In this document: positions 18,072 to 25,746 of the stretch, in pieces
How the letters are laid out: each line of letters starts with the position of its first letter
Position numbering within the stretch: the stretch's first letter is position 1
Source of the DNA: an uncultured Pseudomonadota bacterium
Lineage (GTDB): Bacteria > Pseudomonadota > Alphaproteobacteria > Acetobacterales > Acetobacteraceae
DNA length: 64,000 nt
NCBI GenBank assembly: GCA_963736975.1
Contig: CAVTQY010000002.1
Location: 364,949-428,948 of the forward strand
Direction of reading: 5' to 3'
The notes under the pieces: model-generated
What the model was told of the DNA's origin: nothing
The model's database searches: none
Seen by the model: only the letters and a program-made list of their open reading frames with translations
Position numbers and translations under genes: made by a program

Positions 18072-18328
18072 ACCAACCCAACAGCAGCGAGGAGGTCGCA
18101 CGCAGGTCGGCGGCGCGGCTTGTCGATATCGATCCGGGATTACCGGATCAGGTTGAACAGGCGCTCGCGGAAGATCCGCTGTCCCGGCCAGCAGACCGCA
18201 TACTCGACCCGATTTCGCTGGGCGCGCTCATCGCCAGCATCGCCTCGCTGGGCTGGACCATATATCACGACATCAAGAAGGACCGCGGCACGGCCGGGCT
18301 CGATCGGGCGGGAAGACTCGGCGCCTGA
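18068..18328 (+). CDS. Small ORF translationally coupled to the CHAT-STAND gene (hypothetical, one hydrophobic helix)
   Basis: The ATG overlaps the upstream stop (ATGA at 18068-18071). The 86-aa product has an acidic N-half and one uncharged 19-residue stretch, PISLGALIASIASLGWTIY. Third-position G/C is high. A further open, coding-like stretch in another frame runs to 18450. Confidence 0.45.
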   Translation: MNQPNSSEEVARRSAARLVDIDPGLPDQVEQALAEDPLSRPADRILDPISLGALIASIASLGWTIYHDIKKDRGTAGLDRAGRLGA

Positions 18329-18455
18329 CCGAGCAGCTACAGGAATCGGATCTGGAGACCGGACCAGTTCCAACTGATCTTTCGCCAGAGCGGCACGCCC
18401 GGATGATCAGCGTCATTGCTGCGGAGATCGTTGGTTCCGACCCGGTCTAAAGCGC

Positions 18456-19217
18456 TTACCGGGCAACGGCTCTCACCGGCAGCTGCACCCTCAGAAACTC
18501 CCGCACCTGCTCGATCGTCTTGGCCTTCAACTCCGGCGGCTTGGTCCACGGATAGGCCGTCACCTCTGCGCGCGGCGCCAACGCCGCCACGTCCATCGAT
18601 GCCTGCAATGGATGCGCCGGGGTATCATCCGGCATCACCAGCATCGGTGTCTTGCAAGACCGCGCAAACTCCCGCGATACGCTGTAAACAAAATCGGGTC
18701 GTGCGCGGTAAAGATTGTGCAGATAGGCCTCGATCGTTACCATCGCAACATCTGGCCGTCGCGCCAGCAGTTCCGGCGCCCACACATCCCGGCCGGACCG
18801 GTACATCACGTCGGGATCGTCATCCCGATGCCCCACCGTCTGGCACAGCACGCCGGCCACCACGCGATCCGGCGCTCGCTCCATCAGCTTCAGCGCAAAG
18901 CAACCGCCGATGCAGTACCCCATGAAGAAGAACTGCCGGATGCCCAGGTGGTCCATCAGCCCGAGCTGATCATCGGTGAACGCGCCCCACGGGTCGTCAA
19001 CAGCGACAGGCCCCGTGGACTCGCCGCCGTTCGCGTTGCGCTGATCCATCGTGATGCAGCGGAAGTCGTCCTTGAAGACTTCCATCGCATTGAACACGGC
19101 GGTCGGCCAATGGCTGACGCCGGAGTTCAGGCCGCCGCCGGGAGTGACAAGCAGCGGGAAGCCGCTGCCGGTCTCCTCATAGCGGATGCGGACGTCGCCC
19201 TTTTCGTAGAATGGCAT
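18456..19217 (-). CDS. Alpha/beta-fold hydrolase
   Basis: 253 aa. MPFYEKGDVRIRYEETGSGFPLLVTPGGGLNS..., nucleophile-elbow-like FFMGYCIGGCFALK, and C-terminus ...PMLVMPDDTPAHP. Confidence 0.85.
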   Translation of the reverse strand: MPFYEKGDVRIRYEETGSGFPLLVTPGGGLNSGVSHWPTAVFNAMEVFKDDFRCITMDQRNANGGESTGPVAVDDPWGAFTDDQLGLMDHLGIRQFFFMGYCIGGCFALKLMERAPDRVVAGVLCQTVGHRDDDPDVMYRSGRDVWAPELLARRPDVAMVTIEAYLHNLYRARPDFVYSVSREFARSCKTPMLVMPDDTPAHPLQASMDVAALAPRAEVTAYPWTKPPELKAKTIEQVREFLRVQLPVRAVAR

Positions 19218-19304
19218 GGTGTATTTCCCAGGCTGCGGGTTGTGCGTTCTTTGTCATGGCTGGGCTCGGCCCGGCCGTCCACGTTTTCCTTCATGCGGGC
19301 AAGA

Positions 19305-19342
19305 AAGACGTGGATGGCCGGCACGAGGCCGGCCATGACGGT
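19305..19342. repeat. REP-type module left of the GIY-YIG gene
   Basis: AAGACGTGGATGGCCGGCACGAGGCCGGCCATGACGGT. An inverted partner CCGGCCGTCCACGT lies at 19271-19284, and the same motif recurs in reverse (TCCACGTCTT) at 19383-19392. Confidence 0.75.
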
Positions 19343-19422
19343 AAGTGCCGGCGTCCGCCTTCGCCGGGTTGAGGGCCAGCAGTCCACGTCTTCTTCACCA
19401 GTCCCGGCCATTGGGTGTTCGC

Positions 19423-19659
19423 ATGGGCGGATGGGTTTACATCATGACGAACCAGCGCAGTGGAACGCTGTATGTCGGGGTTACGAATGACCTGGTTCGT
19501 CGGGTTTGGGAGCATCGGCAGGGAATCGGAAGCAATTTTGTTCGTCGATATGCCCTGAACAGCTTGGTCTACTTCGAACATCATGAAGACGTAGGCACAG
19601 CAATTCAGCGAGAGACCAGTCTGAAGCGGTGGCCTCGTGCTTGGAAAGTCGCCTCTTGA
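19423..19659 (+). CDS. Small GIY-YIG nuclease-family protein (COG2827 type); conserved C-terminal tail is out of frame to 19709
   Basis: ORF 19345..19659, start at M27. MGGWVYIMTNQRSGTLYVGVTNDLVRRVWEHRQG...LVYFEHHEDVGTAIQRETSLKRWPRAWK. The expected tail QNPEWRDLYPSLLG* is encoded in another frame (19656-19709), implying an indel near 19650-19656. Confidence 0.7.
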   Translation: MGGWVYIMTNQRSGTLYVGVTNDLVRRVWEHRQGIGSNFVRRYALNSLVYFEHHEDVGTAIQRETSLKRWPRAWKVAS

Positions 19660-19740
19660 CTGCTCAGAACCCGGAGTGGCGGGACTTGTACCCGTCGCTG
19701 CTCGGTTGAAGTTCGATTTTGGTGTCATGTGTGCGGTTAA

Positions 19741-19821
19741 AAGACGTGGATGGCCGGGCCAAACCCGGCCATCCACGATAGGGGGCCGGCCACGACGATG
19801 AGGGCGGCCGGCCATGACGGT
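19741..19821. repeat. REP-type module right of the GIY-YIG gene
   Basis: AAGACGTGGATGGCCGGG-ccaaa-CCCGGCCATCCAC forms a 13-bp perfect stem (19746-19776) and is followed by GCGGCCGGCCATGACGGT (19804-19821). It is in the same orientation and has the same end motifs as 19305-19342. Confidence 0.75.
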
Positions 19822-19832
19822 GTACATCGTCC

Positions 19833-20708
19833 TTAATTCGCGGGGGCCAGCTTGTCCTGCGTCTTGGTTTCGAAATCGCCGGCCTCGTGGCGCTCGTGCA
19901 ACTGACTCGATGGGTCGCCGCTGGTGCGATTGACCATCCGCCCGCGCCGCACCGCCGGCCGTGCATGGATCGCATCGGCCCAGCGAATAACGTTCTTATA
20001 CTCCTGCACAGACAGGAACTCGGCGGCCCCGTACTGCCCGAACTTCACCAGCCCGGCGTACCAAGGCCATGCAGCCATATCGGCAATCGTATACACGTCA
20101 CCTGCAAGATACTCATTTTCCGCCAGCCGCTTATCGAGCACATCGAGCAGCCGCTTCGTCTCCATCGCAAACCGGTCGATGGCATATTCGATCTTCGTCG
20201 GCGCATAGGCGTAGAAATGACCAAATCCGCCGCCGAGATACGGCGCGCTGCCCATTTGCCAGAACAGCCATGACAGGCATTCGGCGCGTACAGCGACCTC
20301 GGTCGGCAGAAACGCCCCGAACTTCTCCGCCAGGTACAACAGGATCGCGCCGGACTCGAACAGCCGGATCGGCTTCGGACCGCTGCGGTCCACCAGCGCC
20401 GGGATTTTGGAATTGGGGCTGATCGCGACGAAGCCGCTGCCGAACTGATCGCCCTCGCCGATGCGGATCAGCCAAGCATCATACTCCGCGCCCGCATGCC
20501 CAAGCGCCAACAGCTCCTCCAGCATCACCGTGACCTTCACGCCGTTCGGTGTGCCCTGCGAGTAGAGCTGGAGAGGATGGCGCCCGACCGGCAGTTCTTT
20601 CTCGTGCGTGGGCCCGGAGATCGGGCGGTTGATGTTCGCGAACTGGCCGCCGCTTGGCTTGTTCCATGTCCAAACCTTCGGCGGCATATATTCGGATGAG
20701 TCCGACAT
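19833..20708 (-). CDS. yghU: YghU-type (Nu-class) glutathione S-transferase / GSH-dependent disulfide reductase
   Basis: 291 aa. YMPPKVWTWNKPSGGQFANINRPISGPTHEKELPVGRHPLQLYSQGTPNGVKVTVMLEELL... is near-diagnostic of YghU. Confidence 0.85.
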   Translation of the reverse strand: MSDSSEYMPPKVWTWNKPSGGQFANINRPISGPTHEKELPVGRHPLQLYSQGTPNGVKVTVMLEELLALGHAGAEYDAWLIRIGEGDQFGSGFVAISPNSKIPALVDRSGPKPIRLFESGAILLYLAEKFGAFLPTEVAVRAECLSWLFWQMGSAPYLGGGFGHFYAYAPTKIEYAIDRFAMETKRLLDVLDKRLAENEYLAGDVYTIADMAAWPWYAGLVKFGQYGAAEFLSVQEYKNVIRWADAIHARPAVRRGRMVNRTSGDPSSQLHERHEAGDFETKTQDKLAPAN

Positions 20709-20726
20709 CTTCCAAACTCCAACAGT

Positions 20727-22097
20727 TTACGACCTACAGCCAAACTGCCCCACGAGATCCGCCAGATGCCCGATCTCCTCGAGCCGAAGCCCCTCGGGTG
20801 GCGCCGGCGTGCGCCCGCCGCGCGCCACCCGTCGTGGCAGGCACGCCGTATCGAACCCCAGCTTAGCCGCTTCCTTCAGCCGCGCCTCGGCCTGCGCCAC
20901 CTGCCGGATCTCGCCAGAAAGCCCCACCTCACCGAAATACACCATCCCGGCGCTGGTCGGCCGATCGCCGGCCGCCGAGGCAATCGCGGCGGCCACGGCA
21001 AGGTCGGCCGCCGGCTCATTCACCCGCAGCCCGCCGGCCACGTTCAGATACACATCCGCCGCACCGAGCCGCAGTCCGCAACGCGTCTCCAGCACTGCCA
21101 GCAGCATGGATAACCGCCCGCCATCCCAACCGATCACCTGCCGGCGCGGCGCTCCGCCCGGATTGGGCGCCAGCAGCGCCTGCACCTCCACCAGCACGGG
21201 CCGCGTGCCTTCGATGCCCGCAAACACCGCGCTGCCGGCGATGTTGCCGCGCCGCTCGGCCAGGAACAGCGCCGAGGGGTTCGTCACCTCGGCAAGCCCG
21301 CGCTCGGTCATCTCGAACACGCCGATCTCGTCAGTGGCGCCGAAGCGGTTCTTCACCGCACGCAAGATGCGGAACTGGTGTCCCCGCTCGCCTTCGAAAT
21401 ACAGCACCGCATCGACCATGTGCTCCAGCACGCGCGGTCCGGCGATCGCCCCGTCCTTGGTCACGTGCCCGACCAGCACCAGCGCGAAGCCGCGCGACTT
21501 CGCCAGCCGGATCAGCTCGAACGCGGCGGCTCGCACCTGCGCCACCGTGCCGGGCGCGCTCTCGATCTGATCGAGCCACATCGTCTGGATCGAATCGATC
21601 ACCACCAGCGCCGGCCGGCTCGCCTCGAGGCCGGCGGCGATGTCGCGCAGGTTGATCGCGGCGGCGACGTCGAGCGGCGCCTCCGTCACGCCGAGCCGGC
21701 GGGCGCGCAGCCGGACCTGCTCGATCGACTCCTCGCCGGAGACGTAGAGAACGGGCTGTCCACTGGCGGCGAGCGCGGCGGCCGCCTGCAGCAGCAGGGT
21801 CGATTTGCCGATCCCCGGATCGCCGCCGACCAACACCGCCGAGGCGGGCACGAGGCCGCCACCCAGCACGCGGTCCAGTTCGGCGATCCCGGTGCCGGCG
21901 CGCGGCGGCGGCTCAGCCGTTCCGGCCAGGCGAACGATATCCAACCCGCGAACCGGCCCGCCCCTGGCCGCAGGCCCGGGCCGCGGCGCGTCCTCGACGA
22001 TTGTATTCCAGGCGCCGCAGGCTTCACAGCGTCCGGCCCATTTTGGGCCGACGGCACCGCAGCCCTGACAAACGAAACGAACGGCGGGCTTGGCCAA
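20727..22097 (-). CDS. radA: DNA repair protein RadA/Sms
   Basis: Zn-ribbon FVCQGCGAVGPKWAGRCEACGAWNT, Walker A GGDPGIGKSTLLLQ, KNRFG motif and a Lon-like C-terminus. Confidence 0.95.
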   Translation of the reverse strand: MAKPAVRFVCQGCGAVGPKWAGRCEACGAWNTIVEDAPRPGPAARGGPVRGLDIVRLAGTAEPPPRAGTGIAELDRVLGGGLVPASAVLVGGDPGIGKSTLLLQAAAALAASGQPVLYVSGEESIEQVRLRARRLGVTEAPLDVAAAINLRDIAAGLEASRPALVVIDSIQTMWLDQIESAPGTVAQVRAAAFELIRLAKSRGFALVLVGHVTKDGAIAGPRVLEHMVDAVLYFEGERGHQFRILRAVKNRFGATDEIGVFEMTERGLAEVTNPSALFLAERRGNIAGSAVFAGIEGTRPVLVEVQALLAPNPGGAPRRQVIGWDGGRLSMLLAVLETRCGLRLGAADVYLNVAGGLRVNEPAADLAVAAAIASAAGDRPTSAGMVYFGEVGLSGEIRQVAQAEARLKEAAKLGFDTACLPRRVARGGRTPAPPEGLRLEEIGHLADLVGQFGCRS

Positions 22098-22101
22098 TGC
22101 A

Positions 22102-22626
22102 CTATGGATTCGTGGTCAGAACGGCCTCGCCCCCCGCCGGGTCCTTCGCCGTGCTGACCAGCATGTGCCAGGACCGCCCGGCGGCGGAGGCGGCGTATTC
22201 CCGGTTGTTCAGATCCTTCTGCAAGGGATCCGCGGTATCATCGGTCGCAGTAAAGGTGACGTTCGCCTCGCGCAAACCTTTGTCGAGCGCCGCTATCACC
22301 TGAGACCCCTTCGCCTGGTCGATGACCACCGAGCACGAACCGCTATCCTCAGACACCAGGACAAGGGCGTAGTTGCCGCGCGAGGCGTCATACGCCGCAC
22401 CCGGCATGCCTTCGAGATACTCGTCGGCACGATCGGCCGGCACCTCCGGATAGCCGGCGTGGCTCACCCATGACCGTAGCCCGGTCGAGTCGCCGGCGAA
22501 GCCGACACAACTGGCGAGGAACAGGGACACACCCAGCGTCGTGGGATCAGGCGTCGCGTCGGCAGCTTGCGTCGGCGCTGCAAGCACGATAGCGAGAAAC
22601 GGCAGAATCACACGAATCATGACCAT
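22102..22626 (-). CDS. Secreted hypothetical protein
   Basis: 174 aa with signal peptide MVMIRVILPFLAIVLAAPTQA/AD. No recognisable family. Confidence 0.5.
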   Translation of the reverse strand: MVMIRVILPFLAIVLAAPTQAADATPDPTTLGVSLFLASCVGFAGDSTGLRSWVSHAGYPEVPADRADEYLEGMPGAAYDASRGNYALVLVSEDSGSCSVVIDQAKGSQVIAALDKGLREANVTFTATDDTADPLQKDLNNREYAASAAGRSWHMLVSTAKDPAGGEAVLTTNP

Positions 22627-22659
22627 AGGTTAACCCAGCCTGAGTGACGCGAGCCAGCC

Positions 22660-25476
22660 CTAGTGCGCATCCGCCCAGCTGGCGCCGCGTCCCGTTTCAA
22701 CCACTAGCGGCACTGCCAGTTCGGCTGCAGCCTCCATCGCACGCCTGGCGACCGCCGCAAGCGCCTCCGCCTCATGCTCCGGCGCCTCGAACAACAATTC
22801 GTCATGCACCTGCAGCAGCAGGCGCGAGCGCAGCCCGGCCTCCGCCAGGGCTTTCGGCAAGCGCACCATGGCCCGCTTGATGATGTCGGCAGCACCGCCT
22901 TGCAGCGGTGCGTTGATGGCTTGTCGCTCGGCATAGCCGCGCTTCGCCGGGTTCTTGTCGGCGATCCCCGGCACCCAACAGCGGCGGCCGAAAGCGGTCA
23001 CCACGTAGCCGTTGATCCGCGCCTCCTCCTTGGTACGCTCCATGTAGGCGCGGATGCCGGGATAACGGGCGAAATAGGCATCGATGTAACCGCGCGCCTC
23101 GGCCGGCTGGATGCCGAGCTGACGCGCCAGGCCGAAGGCGCTGATTCCGTAAATGATGCCGAAATTGATCGCCTTGGCGCGCCGACGGGTCATCGGGTCC
23201 ATGCCCGCCATCGGAACGCCGAACACCTCGCTCGCGGTGCGGGCATGGATATCTTCTCCGCGCGCAAAACTTTCGCGCAGCGGCGCGATCTCGGCGACAT
23301 GCGCCAGCAGCCGCAATTCGATTTGCGAGTAATCCGCGCTGACCAGCACATGGCCCGGTTCGGCCACGAAGGCGCGCCTGATCCGCGTACCCTCCTCGGT
23401 GCGGATGGGAATGTTCTGCAGGTTCGGATCGTTGGAGGAAAGCCTCCCCGTGCTGGCTACCGCCATGGCGAAGGAGGTGTGCACCCGCCCGGTGTCGGGG
23501 TTGATCTCGCCGATCAACGCATCGGCATAGGTCGATTTCAGCTTCTGCAACTGCCGCCATTCCAGGATGCGCGCCGGCAGCTCGTGGCCCTGCTCGGCGA
23601 GCGCCTGGAGCACGGAGGCATCGGTGCCCCAGGCACCGGTCTTCATCCGCCGCCCGCCCCCCAGTTTCATCTCATCGAACAGCACCTCGCCCAACTGTTT
23701 GGCGCTGCCAAGGTTGAAAGCATGCCCGGCAAGCCGGTGGATGTCGCGCTCCATGGCCGCCATCCGGGCTTCGAAATCGATCGAGATACGGCCAAGTTCC
23801 GCCGCGTCCACCTTGATGCCGGCACGCTCCATTTCCAGCAGCACGGATACTAACCGCCGCTCGATCTGCTCATAAAGTGCGAGCGCACGGGCAAAGCGCA
23901 GCCGCGGCCGCAGCGCACACCACAGGCGATAGGTGATGTCGGCCTGTTCGGCGGCACAGCCGGTGGCACGGTCGATCGGCACCTGGGCGAAGGGCAGCCG
24001 GTTGCGCCCCGTGCCGGTGACCTCGTCATAAGCGAGCGGCGTATGGCCGAGATGAAGCCGCGCCAGCTCGTCCAGCGCATGGCCGTGCAAACCGGCTTCC
24101 TGCGCGTAGGAGATCAACGTGACGTCATCGGTCGGGGAGGCCATCGGAAACCCGGCCCGGCCCATCACCAACAGGTCGAACTTGGCGTCCGGATAGACTT
24201 TCAGAACCCCGGGGTCGGTCAGCAGCGGACCGAGCAATGCGATCGCCTCGGCAACCGGCATCTGCGCGGTTATGCCCTCATGCCGCAGCGGCACGTAGCA
24301 GGCCCAGCCGGCCGCCGTCGCCAGCGAGAGTCCCAGCAGCGCGGCGCGCAACGCATCGCCTCCGTCGGTCTCGACGTGGATGGCGAGCACGCCTTCTTTC
24401 CGCGCCGCCGCCGCCCAGCGGGCCAGCGCGGTGGCATCAGTGACAGTTTCGTACGGGCCGAATCCGCTCGGCGCCTCCGACGGCGTGCCCGGGCGCGGGC
24501 GGGCAAGCAGACCCAGCTCGGCCTGCGCGGGACCGGCCGGGGCCCGGGAGCGGGCCGGGGCGGCCGGTTCCGGCGCGGATTCGCCGGCCTCCAGCCCCAT
24601 TCGCACCAGCACGCTGCGGAAACCCTGCTTCGAAAGCCACGCCGCGAGCTTCGGCCGGTCGATGGGACACGCGCAGAGCCGGTCCAAGGGCACGGGAAGC
24701 GGCGTATCGTCCCGCAGCGTCACCAGCTCGCGCGAGAGCCGGGCCGAGGCCGCGTGCTCGATCAGCGAGTCGCGTCGCTTCCCCGGCTTCATCGCGACCG
24801 CCGCCGCCAGCACCCCCTCCAAGTCGCCGAATTCGTTCACCAGCTCGGCGGCGCGCTTCGGCCCGATACCCGGGATGCCGGGCACATTGTCGGTGCTGTC
24901 CCCGATCAGCGCCTGCACATCAACCATTTTCTCCGGCCTCACGCCGAAGCGCTCCATCACCTCGGCCGGGCCGATCGGCTTCTGCCTGATCGGGTCGAGC
25001 ATCTCCACGCCCGGCCGGATGAGCTGCATCAGGTCCTTGTCGGAGGAGACGATCGTCACCTGCCCGCCGGCCCGCTCGGCCTCGCGGGCATAGGCGGCGA
25101 TCAGGTCGTCGGCCTCCCAGTCGGCGAGCTCGACCGCTGGGACGCAAAAGGCGTCGGTCGCCTCGCGCACCAGCGCGAATTGCGGGAGAAGGTCGTCGGG
25201 CGGCGGCGGCCGATGCGCCTTGTAGTCCTCATAGAGCCGATTGCGGAACGTCGTCCGCCCGGCATCGAAAATCACTGAGATATGCGTGCCGACATGCTCG
25301 CGCAGCAGCTTCGCCAGCATGTTGGTGAAGCCGAACACCGCGTTCACCGGCACTCCGTCCGGGCGCGTCATCGGCGGCAGCGCGTGGAAGGCGCGGAAGA
25401 TGAAGCCCGATCCGTCGATCAGGATGAGGTGGAGTAGCCGCTCCTCTGTCGCCGTCTCGGCCGGAACGGCGAGCAA
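22660..25476 (-). CDS. polA: DNA polymerase I
   Basis: 938 aa with a 5'-3' exonuclease N-terminus (LILIDGSGFIFRAFHALP), a 3'-5' exo region and pol motifs (SADYSQIELRLLAH, RRRAKAINFGIIYG, QVHDELLFE). Confidence 0.95.
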   Translation of the reverse strand: MLAVPAETATEERLLHLILIDGSGFIFRAFHALPPMTRPDGVPVNAVFGFTNMLAKLLREHVGTHISVIFDAGRTTFRNRLYEDYKAHRPPPPDDLLPQFALVREATDAFCVPAVELADWEADDLIAAYAREAERAGGQVTIVSSDKDLMQLIRPGVEMLDPIRQKPIGPAEVMERFGVRPEKMVDVQALIGDSTDNVPGIPGIGPKRAAELVNEFGDLEGVLAAAVAMKPGKRRDSLIEHAASARLSRELVTLRDDTPLPVPLDRLCACPIDRPKLAAWLSKQGFRSVLVRMGLEAGESAPEPAAPARSRAPAGPAQAELGLLARPRPGTPSEAPSGFGPYETVTDATALARWAAAARKEGVLAIHVETDGGDALRAALLGLSLATAAGWACYVPLRHEGITAQMPVAEAIALLGPLLTDPGVLKVYPDAKFDLLVMGRAGFPMASPTDDVTLISYAQEAGLHGHALDELARLHLGHTPLAYDEVTGTGRNRLPFAQVPIDRATGCAAEQADITYRLWCALRPRLRFARALALYEQIERRLVSVLLEMERAGIKVDAAELGRISIDFEARMAAMERDIHRLAGHAFNLGSAKQLGEVLFDEMKLGGGRRMKTGAWGTDASVLQALAEQGHELPARILEWRQLQKLKSTYADALIGEINPDTGRVHTSFAMAVASTGRLSSNDPNLQNIPIRTEEGTRIRRAFVAEPGHVLVSADYSQIELRLLAHVAEIAPLRESFARGEDIHARTASEVFGVPMAGMDPMTRRRAKAINFGIIYGISAFGLARQLGIQPAEARGYIDAYFARYPGIRAYMERTKEEARINGYVVTAFGRRCWVPGIADKNPAKRGYAERQAINAPLQGGAADIIKRAMVRLPKALAEAGLRSRLLLQVHDELLFEAPEHEAEALAAVARRAMEAAAELAVPLVVETGRGASWADAH

Positions 25477-25477
25477 A

Positions 25478-25675
25478 TCAGTGTCCGCTGGCGTGGCCGG
25501 CCCCTTCGTTCAGGATGTAGAGTCGCGAGCAATACGGGCACATCACCTGCTGGTGCTCGATAAACAGGAACACGCGGGGATGGCCGAGCGCACCCTCGCC
25601 GCCATCACAGGCGACGGTCCGCTGGTCGACATGAATGGTTTCGGTGGGCGTCGGCGCGGGGGCGGCGTCCAGCAT
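25478..25675 (-). CDS. zf-CHCC zinc-finger domain protein
   Basis: 65 aa. VACDGGEGALGHPRVFLFIEHQQVMCPYCSRLY is a small zinc-ribbon protein common in alphaproteobacteria. Its stop is 2 nt from the polA start. Confidence 0.6.
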   Translation of the reverse strand: MLDAAPAPTPTETIHVDQRTVACDGGEGALGHPRVFLFIEHQQVMCPYCSRLYILNEGAGHASGH

Positions 25676-25746
25676 GGCGGTTTCTCTGGCGATAACGTCG
25701 GCGCGATGATAGCCATGGCGCCCGTGCTTGCAACTGTCCGCTTGTC

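Noticed and set aside
18068-18328. The small ORF after the CHAT protease considered as a bacterial gasdermin.
   Set aside because: At 86 aa (at most ~127 if frameshift-repaired) it is far shorter than the ~240-270 aa of bacterial gasdermins. It shows no recognisable gasdermin-like sequence, only one hydrophobic helix.
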